A stretch of 62,123 nucleotides of DNA, filler included, from Sluysia triapertura (GCA_046118255.1; 5 parts of 5 records of this genome joined end to end with filler, not necessarily neighbours in it), one strand, 5' to 3'; counted from the whole stretch's first letter, positions 38,519-51,281 are shown. The notes: generated by a model not told the origin, from the sequence alone. Program-made: numbers and translations.

Positions 38519-39312
38519 TACAAATGTTCAAAATGTTCACCTTGAACTTCAATACAAGTACGACATACTTTCTGGTAAGTTTCCTCGGAAATTTGGTTCC
38601 ATTTGTCTGAATACTTTGTTTTAATGGATTAATTGTCCTAGGCTTTTTAGCATAAACTGTGTTCTTTAGAAATCCTCATAGAAAAAATCAGGCTGTTTCA
38701 GATCCAGAGATATGGCAGGCCATTCGATTAGTCCTCGACGTCCAATCCAACATTCATGAATTGTTTCACCAAACCACTGTCGATTATCTTTGGTGTAGTG
38801 AGCAGTTGTTCCATCTTGTTGAAAATGAAGATCATTAACAGTTCCTTCAAATGTTCGAGAAATGATCAGCTCTTTCGATGTCTGACGGATAGATTTTTGA
38901 GAGAATGAACAAATGCTACTGCCACAACATTCCTGTTTTCGGAAGACAATATTTAGGAGCATTTGGATACAAGATTGAACATTGTCGACTTACTCGGTAC
39001 AGGTGTTCTGAGTTTGCTTCCCATCTTTTTTCAACATGCTTGTAGCTAGTTCTTCTTAATAACGAAAATATTAAATCTAAGTCCTTCATTGTATTTTTAA
39101 GAATGAGGTTCCAGAGCGCACGCTGAACAAAAATCAAGCAATGACGTCAGAAAAAAATTAATAAGATCACCAACAAAATTCATTCCAAAGACTACTATTC
39201 GCAGAAGGAAATGAATAGTAGCGAAGATAACATAAAAGAAGAAATTACATTTGTTGTTTCTGATATCTAATTTTTATTTAAGTTTTAGGTCCCGATTACT
39301 TTTGGGACACTA
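38519..39312 (-). mobile_element. Tc1/mariner (DD41D-like) remnant with TIR-like end
   Basis: LHFQQDGTTAHYT...WIGRRGLIEWPAISLDLKQPDFF and terminal GEHFEHL*. TIR-like gtcccgattacttttgggacacta at 39289-39312 may belong to a separate element. Confidence 0.78.
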
Positions 39313-40360
39313 ATTAATATATATATATATATGCGTGTGTGTGTCCTTGGTAACTGATTTACCATCATTTTATAATTGTTATTCGCCGTCATTTTGTGGT
39401 TGCAGTTTTCCAACATTTTATAATTACTACTGTTTGTCATCACTTTTTAACTACAATGTAACAGCCTTTTACATGAAAAAGAATTTTCGAAATAGAGAAT
39501 ACGAATTTGATCAAAATTCGAATGGAGATACCGTATTATTAGGACAGTTATGATTTAGAAAAGACAATCATCGACACAAATAAGTTGCTGTGTGAAGCTA
39601 GTCAAGTACACGAACCATCTCATCAACAAATTAGTGAAGGTTGACATGCGATAATCCAGTAATTACATTTAGTAGTAGTGATAGCGGTCTAAAATATGTC
39701 AATATTGAAACAATCTATTTGATTTATCTGGAATGTGCATGAACGTGAAGTATTGAGAATCAAAGATATAATTACCAGAAATATTGAAAGAGAAGTTAAA
39801 TTAGATCCGTTTACTGAGCCAAGATCTGAGGAAGACGAAGTGCAATTATTGGTCATTAATTATATATATGTTTTATCCTGATTTTGCAGTTGATTTCCCA
39901 TTTAATATCAAATTTAAAAAATGCTTTGATCGTTATATAATTTTGTTAATCCCAGACCTTAGGTCTGTTGATACAATTTTCAATCTTAATGCAATAGATT
40001 TAACAATGAATTTTAGACTAATTCTATAAACACCAAAGTAAATTTAATACTCAAATTCGTAGTAAGATCGAACTAACTTTAAATTCGAATAAAAATACGT
40101 TTTCAATACTGATGCTGCTATTTATTTATCTGTCCCGAACCACATGGAGAGTGAGCTCAAGGTTAATTTAATAATTTTTAAAGCACAATCATGATTGGTT
40201 ACATGTTTGAACATTAATTGACAATTTTTCAAACTTAGTTTGTCGTTTGCCTAGATTTTCAATTATGGAGATGGAGTAATGTGTCAGTTGTCAGAACTCT
40301 CCAACCCTTCCTCCGTGAAAATAATTGCATGCTATTGGTAATATGTGTCTTGTTTTTCAG

Positions 40361-41002
40361 AGTCTGTGCCATTGCTGGTTGAACACTTTCTTCGTCGCGC
40401 ACCAGGCAGAAATACAAGCTCATTTGCGTGCAGATTGTTGCATGTGTGGCTCTTGTGATGATGGAATGCGAAGGTACAATGTGAGATTGCGGGATCAGTG
40501 TCACAGAGTTCCCTCTTTTGATCAGGCTGATGAGTGTGTCTCTAGCGATATTTGTGATAGTTTTAGGAGTGTCGCTCCCTGCATCGGGCCCAAGTTGTGT
40601 GCGCCTAATTATTGCTGTAGAAAGAAGCACCTCTTTGTTAAACATCACGAAAATGTCACTCCCGTGTCTCGCCAGTCTAGTGTGGACTATGCCGTTCTGA
40701 GATCGAGACAGAGATGCCGTAAACAAAACTATGCAAAACGGATATCACAGAGTTGGAATGATAATTTGAACGCGTGTGGCAATAAACTCGAATCTGAACT
40801 GCAGGATCGATCACATGGCTCCTCCAGTCACATTTTATCGGATGTGGGATCAAGTGATAGAATTCGAGTCACCTTGAAAAAGGAAGAAATCGATGGAGCA
40901 CACAAAGATAAATTGTGTCGAGTTTTTTCGAAGGACTTTCACGTTCGTAAACTATTTGATTTTATATTTCGGTTACTCTCTTCTAATTTCATCTCCAAAT
41001 GA
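40361..41002 (+). CDS. GC-rich, Cys-rich putative terminal exon, possibly a GPCR TM7-helix8-C-tail
   Basis: Acceptor tgtttttcag ends at 40360, then about 213 open codons. LCHCWLNTFFVA-HQAEIQAHLRADCCMC resembles HCCLNPxxYA..eFr..CC, followed by a Ser/Arg-rich tail. Confidence 0.35.
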   Translation, partial: SLCHCWLNTFFVAHQAEIQAHLRADCCMCGSCDDGMRRYNVRLRDQCHRVPSFDQADECVSSDICDSFRSVAPCIGPKLCAPNYCCRKKHLFVKHHENVTPVSRQSSVDYAVLRSRQRCRKQNYAKRISQSWNDNLNACGNKLESELQDRSHGSSSHILSDVGSSDRIRVTLKKEEIDGAHKDKLCRVFSKDFHVRKLFDFIFRLLSSNFISK

Positions 41003-41559
41003 TTCAGGCCATTCTAATCTTTCAAATAAATGTGAAATTAAAAGAAAATCATAAAATATTTGAAAAGAATAAAAATGTCACAGCATTTTATATATTAAAT
41101 AAATATTAATTGCGCTCATTTCCAAGTGTAAAATCAAAACACTGAAATTGTTTGTTGTTCAAACTTGAAAACGACAAAGTCCCCGAACAGTGCAATTTTC
41201 ACAGTATCATTATGTTAACGAATAAGTGTCAAACATTATTACGTAGATGTCTAATTAAAATAATATGGCTTTATTTCTTAAGATTAGCTCTACAACTTAT
41301 CTGTTGGTACAAATAGTAACTACTTGACAGTTGTCGCATTGTAGAGTTCGGATGAATTATTATCATTATTATTATTAACATTATCATTATTATTATTAAC
41401 ATTATCATTATTATTATTAACATTATTATAATCATTGTTATTATTATTATTTTTATCATTATTATTGTTATTAGAATACTTTGTTTAGTTTTAAATCATT
41501 TATGTAAAATCTTTTAGAAACTGTACTCAAACGTGATGCTTATTTATGTTCATCGAAAT

Positions 41560-41880
41560 ATCTTAGATCGTCTTATATCATTTCTTTAAAATCGTCTCTA
41601 TTGCAAGTACATAGTTTACTCATTTAAATTTTCAAATCTTTTAAAGTCCATGTTTTCTATATTGAATAAGAAAAACTAACCAAACAGTTGCACCTAACAG
41701 CTGATGTCATATCACCACATAATCTATCTACTTTAAATTTCTCTAATACTTTACCGTGGGATGGAAGCTTCTTGATGTCTGACAAATACTTATTCTGACG
41801 TGTGGACGATTCAACTACATTTTAAAGATCGCTGATCGAATCTGCTGCTAGATTGTCATTTCCAGGTATTATTAGAATTT
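41560..41880 (-). mobile_element. Gypsy-like LTR retrotransposon pol remnant (RNase H end / integrase start)
   Basis: IIPGNDNLAADSIS matches PGxxNxxADxLS; a decayed integrase-like segment follows. Confidence 0.45.
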
Positions 41881-42604
41881 CTTTTCCGTTCAATCCACAG
41901 TTTTTTCTTGTTAATTAAGTGTGGTAATTTCCTTTTTCCATTACTTTCTTTTAAAGTTAATTACCTTTGATGTTTTTCTTACCTTTATTTAATTTCTTTA
42001 ACGTTTTAGTTAAATTATTTCAGATTATTTTATTTACGATTAAAATTATTTTTTAATTATTTGTTTTCTAAATTCAATTTTATAAAATAAGTATGGAAAT
42101 AAATGATAGAAGAATACAAACAAATCTTAATGAAATAAAAATAACAATATATTATATTGCTCTCATATCTATTGCAAAGCAAGTACTCAAAAGCGCTTAA
42201 AATAAATCATTCACTATAAAATTTCTGAAACAGAAAGAACTTTGTCTTTTTCTTAAATATTTCGCAATCTTCCAGTAATTTGACATTTGTGGTAGTACTG
42301 GTTGTACATTTTTGAGACAAACGGTATACAACCTATCACTTAGCATATTATCACTGTAGATTCTGTATAAATTATTATGTATCAATGAAATATTCATCTT
42401 GATTTCCAAATTTTTTATTATTTCTAAAAGATATTCAGGACTTTCGTATTGTAAGCGCATTTGTAAATTATTGTCATGATTTTCGATTCTATTCTTGCTT
42501 TTATTGGCAACCAATGTAATTCCTTAAGATAAGGTGTTATTGAAATGTTATTGAAAAAAAATGTGTTAAATTTATTTGATTTAAGATTATTAAAATAAAA
42601 TTTA

Positions 42605-43553
42605 TTAACAATCGAACAAAAAGTAATATAAAAGACATATATTCGAACTATGCTTTAATTGAACTATAATTAAACAATTGAATGTCAATAGTTTATTTAA
42701 CATAAAATGATGGAAGATTATTGAACATATTGTAGGCGAGACTTTAAATAGATTAATGTAAGAATAGAAATCAACTAAAAAGAAATAAGAATAAAAATTA
42801 AAATGTCGTATTTGAAGTGACACGCATAATGTTTCTTCATCGATGGAATTGAACCAAACTTTACAAAACATTGTAGTGTTGATTGATGTACTACGTCGTC
42901 CCCAAATGATAACTGAACAACCACTTGTGCCGACGACGCCGTGTTGACGTTTGTATGTTGAATTTGTAAGAGTTGCTAATGTATATTGAATAACATTAAT
43001 ATATTTTGTTAATGACTGCATGATTTAAAGATTGTCGAAAAACAAATGATAAAAATGTATTATCAATCACAACAGTCACATTCATATCGAAAGGTTTGTT
43101 AATTTTAACGTCTTTCAATATCAATTATTTTCATCGTTAGATCAGATGGAGTTTCAATCGATATCATTTTAGTAGTTGAAGTTAAACATTTCTTTGATAG
43201 TACCAAATCTTGCAAATCAATAGCTTCACATTTTATTCCAAATTTCATAACTACTTTATAAGATAAAGTCTGGTTCCAGGATTAAAATAAATAATTATAG
43301 AAATTAATGCAGCTAATATTGAAGCGAGAGTAGTACAATATTGACCATTTTTCATTACTGCTGTGATTGCTTTTAATATTTCTTTATTATAATTATCACC
43401 GTATGAATGATCGTCTTTTTTAGGTTCGTTTGTTGATTCTCGTTTAAAAGTTGTATATAATTAAATTAGTGGTATTATTGGTCGTACTGTAACATCGTGT
43501 TCGTTAGGATGATGACCAATGTTTAAGGCATATGTCGGTAATTTTGAGTTCAT
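42605..43553 (-). pseudogene. CTH: Cystathionine gamma-lyase-like degenerate copy B (near full length, intronless, disrupted)
   Basis: ATG at 43553: TYALNIGHHP...PIIPLI*LYTTFKRE, GQYCTTLASILAAL, GTRLYL, KFGIK, KMISIETPS...KIIDIE, VVIDNTFLS, QSLTKYIN; colinear with CTH motifs; stops and deletions. Confidence 0.82.
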
Positions 43554-44454
43554 TTTTAATGTTTGGATTCACAAGTGTGTGTCAGGAAATGAGGGAGAAA
43601 CATGGAGTTATAAAATGAAGAGAGAACTGGTACAAATTGATGGATTGAATATTATAGACACTGTCGAAATGAAAATCATGAAAATAAAAACATCTATAGT
43701 AATTTTAACAGCTAAAAAATACTTTGACATTCCAAAGACCTGTATAAGGTGTCGAGACCTTGTGGAGGCCTGAGGTGGACTTTGAAACCTTTGAGTTGGT
43801 TAATTCTGAGATCATCTAAGACTTTATTAACCTTTAAGTATTCTGGAAACCTTGATAAGCATCGAAGATCTTCCAGTAATACCATAAAGTGAGAAAAATC
43901 TTTAAAATGTTTGAGAACTAAAATCATTGTTTAAAATAATAAAGATAGGTTTAATATGGTAATAATTAACACGAAGAACAAGAAAAGGAATCAGAGGTGA
44001 ATGTGAAAACATCTAGAGCCTCCTGAATGCCTTCTAAAATACTAAATAACTTTAGAACTTCAATAAAACCTTTAAACATAGAACAAGATTAAGTCTAAAA
44101 ATAGATTAATTAATTAAAATCTTAATTAACTTAAATAAGAAAAGTATGTTTTTTGTGAATAACTTTTGAATGCGGAATGCGATGGTAAATTTGAAACTGT
44201 GTATGTATTTGTTTTGAAATGACCTTTCCATGAAGGTGTGGTTTGACCTTGTTAATGCAAGAAAAGCCTTAATATTGAGCAAAGTCAAATCTTAATTAAT
44301 TTTTAATTATGAAATGTTAAATTTCTAATACTTAGAGTAATACAAATATGATGAAAGGAATATGAGATGATTGCTATGAAAAAGGAGAATCTATGAGTGA
44401 ACTCAAAATGTTTGTAAAATGGTTCGTTTGAGAATAAGAAACCTAAAACATTTT

Positions 44455-44925
44455 TCATTAGAAAATTGGGTGTAAAAAATCGAAAATTAATTAAATCCTA
44501 AAAGTGAAATTAATTCATTACTATTTTATTTATGTTAACAATATTGTTGATTGTTATTTTAATATGAGAAGTAATTTAAATAAAAATAAATTGAGCAGAG
44601 TTAAAAAAAGATGGTTGATAATAAATCAAATTTCCATGTTTGGTACATAATGAAGCTTGAAGACCATACCATGTAATTGTCAAAGTTGTTATTGTCGGTT
44701 TGATTCTCAAGGAGGTTAAGAAGATCCATGCTCTTGGTAGGGATATTTTATCTATTTTTAAGGGATTTTAAAATCATTTGGTGGGAGACTCCCTTTGCAA
44801 TTTATTTTTTTTGGCACTTTAAAATTAGTTTTGTGAGAGACACCCTACACAATTTATTTGTTAAATATTAATTTTTTTAAATATTACTGTTAAATTTTAG
44901 GAAGGATCTCTGCCCAAATTTTTGT
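44455..44925 (+). repeat. Dispersed repeat family X, copy 2 (exon, donor at 44737, downstream subrepeats)
   Basis: Reverse-complement homology to 48640-49378 (attagaaaattgggtgt, gatggttgataataaat, tgtcaaagttgttattgtcggtttgattc, agatccatg). Confidence 0.8.
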
Positions 44926-45391
44926 TATAATATTTAATCGTAATTACGCTTGGTTAAGTTATCTAAAAATATTTGGGCATTATCATTATTCTTCACTATT
45001 TAGATATTGGTATTTTTAGTGTCAGTTGCGTCACTCCTAGTTTTTTTAGTGACCTTAATATTATAAACATTATTATTAACCTATAACTCTTTAGCCAGTT
45101 TGAATATGGTTTAGTAGAGATTTATAATAATAATAAATTATAATTCGATTTTTGTTTAATAGTAAATTATTGTGTTATTTTTGATTTGATTTCCAAGAAT
45201 AATTATTGATATTAAGTAAGAGAATTTTTGAAAACTTATACTTGATTTCGGGAATACGTGGATAAGTGAGATTCTTTTTAAACTAATTGAATTAATATTG
45301 AATTACAGTAATTAATAATTTGTAAAGACGCAACATTAAGTCTTTAAGAATATCATAAACCTTGTCAAAATAAGGTTTTAGATTGAATATA

Positions 45392-45520
45392 ATTTTTAAA
45401 TTTTAAATACAAATTTAATGATTTTTGATGTAATGAGTGCTTTAGGTGTTGTAAAAATATGATTTTTTGTATGGTGTGATGTATTAAAATTTTGTGTAAC
45501 GATATTGGCCACCACAGTTA
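45392..45520. repeat. Dispersed repeat, homologous to 2108-2220
   Basis: See 2108-2220. Confidence 0.65.
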
Positions 45521-45529
45521 CATGAGATC

Positions 45530-46020
45530 TTCCCAATTGGACAATTAGTCGTGCTGTTTGATTAATTATTGTAATTTTTCACTTTTTTAAATGACATTTA
45601 GTACAACAAGCCATTGTTAAAAACTATATTGCTAGTTATCAATGAGTGAACAATAAGTGTAGCTGTTTCTGTATTAATAAATTTTCGAATATTTGATATT
45701 TTATTTAATTGATATTTACACTTTTAACAATACAATTAATATTTTCTTCCATGTTCATTTTTGAATCCAAATAACAACCTATATTTCCTACTTTTTGCTT
45801 CGCATCTAGTGTGTCTTACCACCTGCATCATTTATTTATTTCATTTATTTTGGCATTGTCGCTATTTTTATTACTGAAGATTATAAATTCTGACTTTTCT
45901 TCATTGATTATTTACAAGTATTTATTTCCCATCCATTTTATCAATTCAGATACTAGTTCTTTTGTTCTTTCAATAGTATTTTCTATGTTCATTTCAAATT
46001 CAGTATATATAAATTAGAGT
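45530..46020 (-). mobile_element. LINE (CR1/L2/Crack group) ORF2 remnant, RT C-terminal part
   Basis: LIKWMGNKYL*IINEEKSEFIIF, KVGNIGCYLDSKMNMEENIN, QLNKISNIRKFINTETATLIVHSLITS..FNNGLLY match L2/Crack post-YADD motifs. Confidence 0.82.
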
Positions 46021-46457
46021 AAACTTAGTTATTCGTAATTTATTTATTAATAATGTATAAATAAATAAATTAGAAAATTACTTACTATTATTTTACAAAA
46101 TATTTCTGTTTTATTGTTAAAAATTATTTATATAAACTTTAAAAATCGAAATTTAGATAGTCTTATGAAACATCGAGTATCGGAATTAAATATGAGAATA
46201 CTGACGGAACAATGCAATGTTTTGATAGCGAATATTGTTAAAGTATTGCGACATGTGTCATTGAAGTATCGCGGTGAATTTTGGGTTATATCGTAATTCT
46301 TACTTTGGGTTTCTTCATTAACTTTTCATTGTTAAACTCACACGATAATTCATTAATATTTATGCTTGAAAAATACAACATGCGGAATCAATACAGACTC
46401 TACACACACCGCGAAATAATGTTAAATTGAAGTGCACAAATGATTATGACTTGTATG

Positions 46458-46665
46458 NNNNNNNNNNNNNNNNNNNNNNNNNNNNNNNNNNNNNNNNNNN
46501 NNNNNNNNNNNNNNNNNNNNNNNNNNNNNNNNNNNNNNNNNNNNNNNNNNNNNNNNNNNNNNNNNNNNNNNNNNNNNNNNNNNNNNNNNNNNNNNNNNNN
46601 NNNNNNNNNNNNNNNNNNNNNNNNNNNNNNNNNNNNNNNNNNNNNNNNNNNNNNNNNNNNNNNNN
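46458..46665. other. Scaffold gap (208 N)
   Basis: N run without linker core. Confidence 0.97.
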
Positions 46666-47510
46666 TACACCGATAAGCTTTACTTTTAAAGTCAAAATCA
46701 TAAAAATATTAATGATAAAATTAAATAACAACAATAATAATAGTAATAACAATGATAGTAATAATAATAATAATAGTAATAATAATAATAGTGGTAATAA
46801 TAGTAGTAATTATTATAATAATTCAATATCAGTATTATACTATGTACTCTATCTTGTGTTATGAATGTCGTAATAAACTCTTTATCGTATTACTAATAAT
46901 AATAATCATTATTAATTGAACACTTCTATAATACATAACATTCGAAATGTCTTTGGGTCATTAATTAGATGTTATCGATTATAATTTCAAATATCTTAAT
47001 AAAGACCCCTATTTCAAGTCTTTATTAATTATCTTTCTGAAATGTCATATCATCTTAATACAACCAACAGACCAAAACCAATCAATATTTTTTAAAACAT
47101 GAAATATATAAGGTATATGTATTGTTTTTTTAGATAACATTCGTATTTTCCAAAGTGCCTCCCGATCGCCTTCAAAGAACCCTATATTCAGAATCTCCCC
47201 CATATTCGGAATTCTCCAAGATCGGCAATAGTCGCTTTTTTGATGGCGACTCTGTTCCGTCAGACGAGTCTAATTTAGTGACAGAAATGGAAAAGTTGTG
47301 GGACACCAATTTTGCTTTCTGTTCTCGCAATGAGTCTTCCAATATAGCGAATTGAAGAATATTAGTTCATTTCCTCAAATATCACTTACATTGACTATGT
47401 TGTATGCAATTTTATTTAGACAATACTTTTCGAATTTAATCTCAAATTATATACGGTTCTTTATCAGTTGTATGCATGTACTACTCAGGTCAGAAGACGG
47501 CTTTCATCCG

Positions 47511-47513
<3 letters not shown>

Positions 47514-47569
<56 letters not shown>

Positions 47570-47575
47570 TATTAT
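47514..47575. repeat. (ATT)n microsatellite
   Basis: Seen directly. Confidence 0.95.
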
Positions 47576-48639
47576 TTTATTGCTCCACATTCATTTGATT
47601 TCAAAGGACCAGTAAGAAGTCAGTATTTCTGTTTGCTCTGTTATTGGATAAGAACGATTTTATTTTATATTTTTATTATTGATACGATGTACATGGCAAT
47701 GATAATCTATAAAACAAACTGATACAATATACAATACAATCTATTGATAATTTAAACAAGAATATATTGTAACATATCTGTGAACATCACACTGGTTAAT
47801 GTCGACTTTATTTTGCTTGAATATTGTATCTCCTGGATTCCATAATCGATTATTGGTGCATGCGTCCAGTGAAGACGAAGTGTGGATCAAATATGTCAAT
47901 TTCGAAAATGGAATCCACTTGATGAATCTGAAACTTGTTCATTTCACGAACCACTAACACAAAATATTAATGATTTAATTTCAATGTCGAACTGAAATCG
48001 ATTCCTATGAAAAACAACCTTGATCTACGGTAAGTATTATTGTTGATTGATCAGCAACTATTTTTACATTTATACAATAAATAATGATTATTTTGTCTTA
48101 CTTGATTTTAATATTTTTATTTTAAATACTTTTACTATCATTTAATTTATTTTCTAAAATTACGTCTCTTAATTTTGAAAGTAAAAAAGTTACCAATTTT
48201 TGAATACCCGATCCTTTTTTATCCTCGATTCATAGAGCATCAAATAATTTGTAAGAGTTCTGATTTGACATTAATTCAACATGTTGCGTCTTTAAAAATT
48301 ACTGGCTATTACGACTCAATATTGACTTGGTTAGCTTAAAGGAATCTTGATAATTTAAATAGTCAATATATTAAACATATTTTTTCAATAATCTTCTCAT
48401 AGTAGCACTAACTATTATTCCCAAATTTAAGTACCTGACAATAAAAATCAAAACTAAGTCGATAATGTAATATTAAACAAAAATTCGTAACAATTTATTA
48501 TTAACGAAAATCGTTATTAAAGGCTGACAATCACTAAAATGACAATGTTTATGATAAAATTAAAGAACACTACAATCCAATTAAAACAAAACAAGCAAAA
48601 AGAATTGTATATCAGAAAGTTTAGAATGGTAATCTTAAA

Positions 48640-49378
48640 AAAATTAATTGGGCAAAATGTTGTCTCAAATCTCTTAAAAATAAATTGGGTAGTGTCTCTA
48701 AAATTACCTTTTAGTTAGCTGAAAACCAAATATTCAATTCAAAATACTTTAAAAATAAATTGGGCAGAGTATTTCCTTCAAAACTATATTTTATTTACCT
48801 AAAAATCAAATATTCAATTCAAATCATTTTAAAAATAAATTGGGCAGAGTTTCTCCCTCTGAAATTATCTGCAGTCAGTATTTAAATTTATAAAAATTAC
48901 GAGGGCCGTTTCCTACAAAATTATTATTTAAAAATTCAAATAAAATTTAATTTAAATAGAATAAAAAGGAATTTACCAGAAACATGGATCTTCCTATAAC
49001 TACCAGCTGGTCATCACTACTATTTTTTTGTGTTAAAAATTTAGAAATCTTTATTTTATACTCATCATCTAATCAATTCACAGTCTCACAACCAAACACT
49101 CACCTACACAAATCGCCCAAAACTCTGCGAATCAAACCGACAATAACAACTTTGACATCATGGTACGGTCTGTAAAACTTTAGTAGGTACAAAACATAGA
49201 GACATTATTTATTATCAACCATCATTTCCTTTTACTCTATTCAATCTATTTTCACTTAAATCTATTTTCACATTAAAATAACAATCAGAAATATTGTTAT
49301 GATACATAAAAATAATGAATTTAACTTCACTTTCCATTATTTAATTAATTTTCTATTTTTCACACCCAATTTTCTAAT
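48640..49378 (-). repeat. Dispersed repeat family X, copy 3, with ~80-bp tandem subrepeats
   Basis: Exon-like part 48977-49378 ends agatccatgtttctg|gtaaat; aaaaataaattggg units near 48676, 48751 and 48832. Confidence 0.8.
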
Positions 49379-49478
49379 NNNNNNNNNNNNNNNNNNNNNN
49401 NNNNNNNNNNNNNNNNNNNNNNTTAATTAATTAANNNNNNNNNNNNNNNNNNNNNNNNNNNNNNNNNNNNNNNNNNNN
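49379..49478. other. Artificial contig linker
   Basis: 44N-TTAATTAATTAA-44N. Confidence 0.97.
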
Positions 49479-49495
49479 TTATTATTATTATTATA

Positions 49496-49554
<59 letters not shown>
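49479..49554. repeat. (ATT)n microsatellite
   Basis: Seen directly at contig start. Confidence 0.95.
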
Positions 49555-49555
<1 letters not shown>

Positions 49556-49901
49556 TCTGTGCATGGTTTAAAATCGAATTTAATTTTATCGGCAATATTT
49601 TAAATTCAGATTATTTTCATGAATGCATCATGATAAGTATACAGATAATAAATTGCTGTTTATAATATTCCTCCCACATTTAATACTCTTAGCAATTTAA
49701 ATTTCCTCAAAAAAATCACTGCATACTTTTAAAGGTAAGATCTACTTTTAAAACTCGTCATCTTGATCACTTAGCTGATGGTAAAATAAATCTTTGTGAA
49801 TATGAAAGAAACCAACATTATTTTATTGATTTTAAAAATTCAGAAGCAAAATTATAAGACAAATATAAAATGATGGATTTATTAGTACAATATTTTTATT
49901 G

Positions 49902-50009
49902 TGTCCTCAGATATAACAATATTTCTGTCTTCTTTTGACTTAATTAAAATTGAATAATTAAGTCAAAATAATACAGAGTTGATATAAATATCGTTATATC
50001 TGAAAGACA
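49902..50009. repeat. Foldback hairpin / MITE-like palindrome
   Basis: tgtcctcagatataacaatattt pairs with aaatatcgttatatctgaaagaca; inner ttttgacttaatta pairs with taattaagtcaaaa. Confidence 0.7.
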
Positions 50010-50774
50010 TAGATGGTTACACAGAAAGTACAAAAATAATGAAAGAGGAAGTACTCATTGAATAAACCAATAAGACCCAGATTTCCAACACGCAAACATA
50101 AAACAGATCAACTACATGAATAAATATTAAATGAAAATAATTTCTTATTTAAAATTAATGATCGTTACAAATACACCTTAAACTGTGTTTATGTGTTTTT
50201 TAAAATTTGCAATATAATTACGGTAAAGTTATGGCATTAATTAAAATTTCAAACTAATTAAAATGTAAAAAAGCGCTAGAAAAATGTAGAAATTAATTAT
50301 CAAGTATTTAGTTAGTATAAGGCAGCATTAATTGAACGATTTAATCGTACATTCCTACATATCTAAATGTTTATTTATTCGAGTTTAATTTAATAAAACT
50401 ATATTGGACAAAAATATATCAATTTTGTTAGAAAATACTAAAGAACATGAAACTCATGACACAGTTACAATAAATATAAAAAAATCAGATTTATTTATCT
50501 TTATCGACATCACCTATAAACAATATAGAAAGTAATATTTGTGATTACTCACGGTAACCAATGTATTTTTAATTATTCTTTCAATTATAATATTTTATTG
50601 GTAAACAATATGTTAGTGGATGGTTAGAAATACTTAGATTACTAGATTTTCTTTTGGTTAACGAAAAAATCTTTAAAATAAAATGTTAAAAGTAAAGCAA
50701 AATATGTATTACTAGTTGTTGTACTTTAAAAAAACAAAAAAAATTTAAAACTATACTTAATAGTAACAATGATC

Positions 50775-50932
50775 AACATCCCCTCAATTTGTTGCACAAA
50801 ATGCAGGTTTTGAAGAGATTTAACCTCTCAATATACATCAGAAACAGATTGTCTTGATCTTAACGATATTATACTATTTGTTGAGTTGAAAATTGCAAAA
50901 TCTGATGGTACAAACTTATCTGACAAAGATGT

Positions 50933-50935
<3 letters not shown>
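50775..50935 (+). mobile_element. Polinton/Maverick major capsid protein N-terminal fragment
   Basis: TSPQFVAQNAGFEEI*PLN then DCLDLNDIILFVELKIAKSDGTNL, matching recalled MCP pattern PTQ...F.E..PL...YLDL....L.V..KI.K.DG..L. Confidence 0.55.
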
Positions 50936-50966
<31 letters not shown>

Positions 50967-51281
50967 TGAATAATGAAAATAATGATCCCAAATGAAATTC
51001 TCATTAATTGAAACCGAATAATAACTGCATATTTTTCTATTTATTAAAATAAATGGGTACAGTTTCACGACGCATTTGCTTAATTCTTTATTTTTAATAG
51101 AAATATATTTTTTATAATTCAAAAATTCTTTTTTTTGCTTTAAATTCTTGTAAAACAAGATATATAAAATATTAATTAATTATACTTATGAAGTATGAAG
51201 TCGTATTAGTTAAAAATTATTTTAATTTTAATTAAAAATTTCTTTCAATTTAATTATATAAGATTAAAATATTATTATTAC

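Noticed and set aside
46422-46864. ORFs with poly-X in the ORF track
   Set aside because: They span the N gap and a microsatellite
47134-47355. GC-rich possible exon
   Set aside because: Open on both strands with no recognisable motif or partner exon; cannot assign
47352-47722. Poly-Ile and poly-Tyr ORFs (also 41271-41459, 26636-26821)
   Set aside because: Read-through of ATT microsatellites
48640-48880. CRISPR-like repeat-spacer pattern
   Set aside because: The intervening sequences are homologous to each other (minisatellite), the context is eukaryotic, and there are no cas genes
12353-49478. Identical TTAATTAATTAA cores flanked by Ns as a biological repeat
   Set aside because: Standard six-frame-stop linker used to concatenate contigs; an artefact
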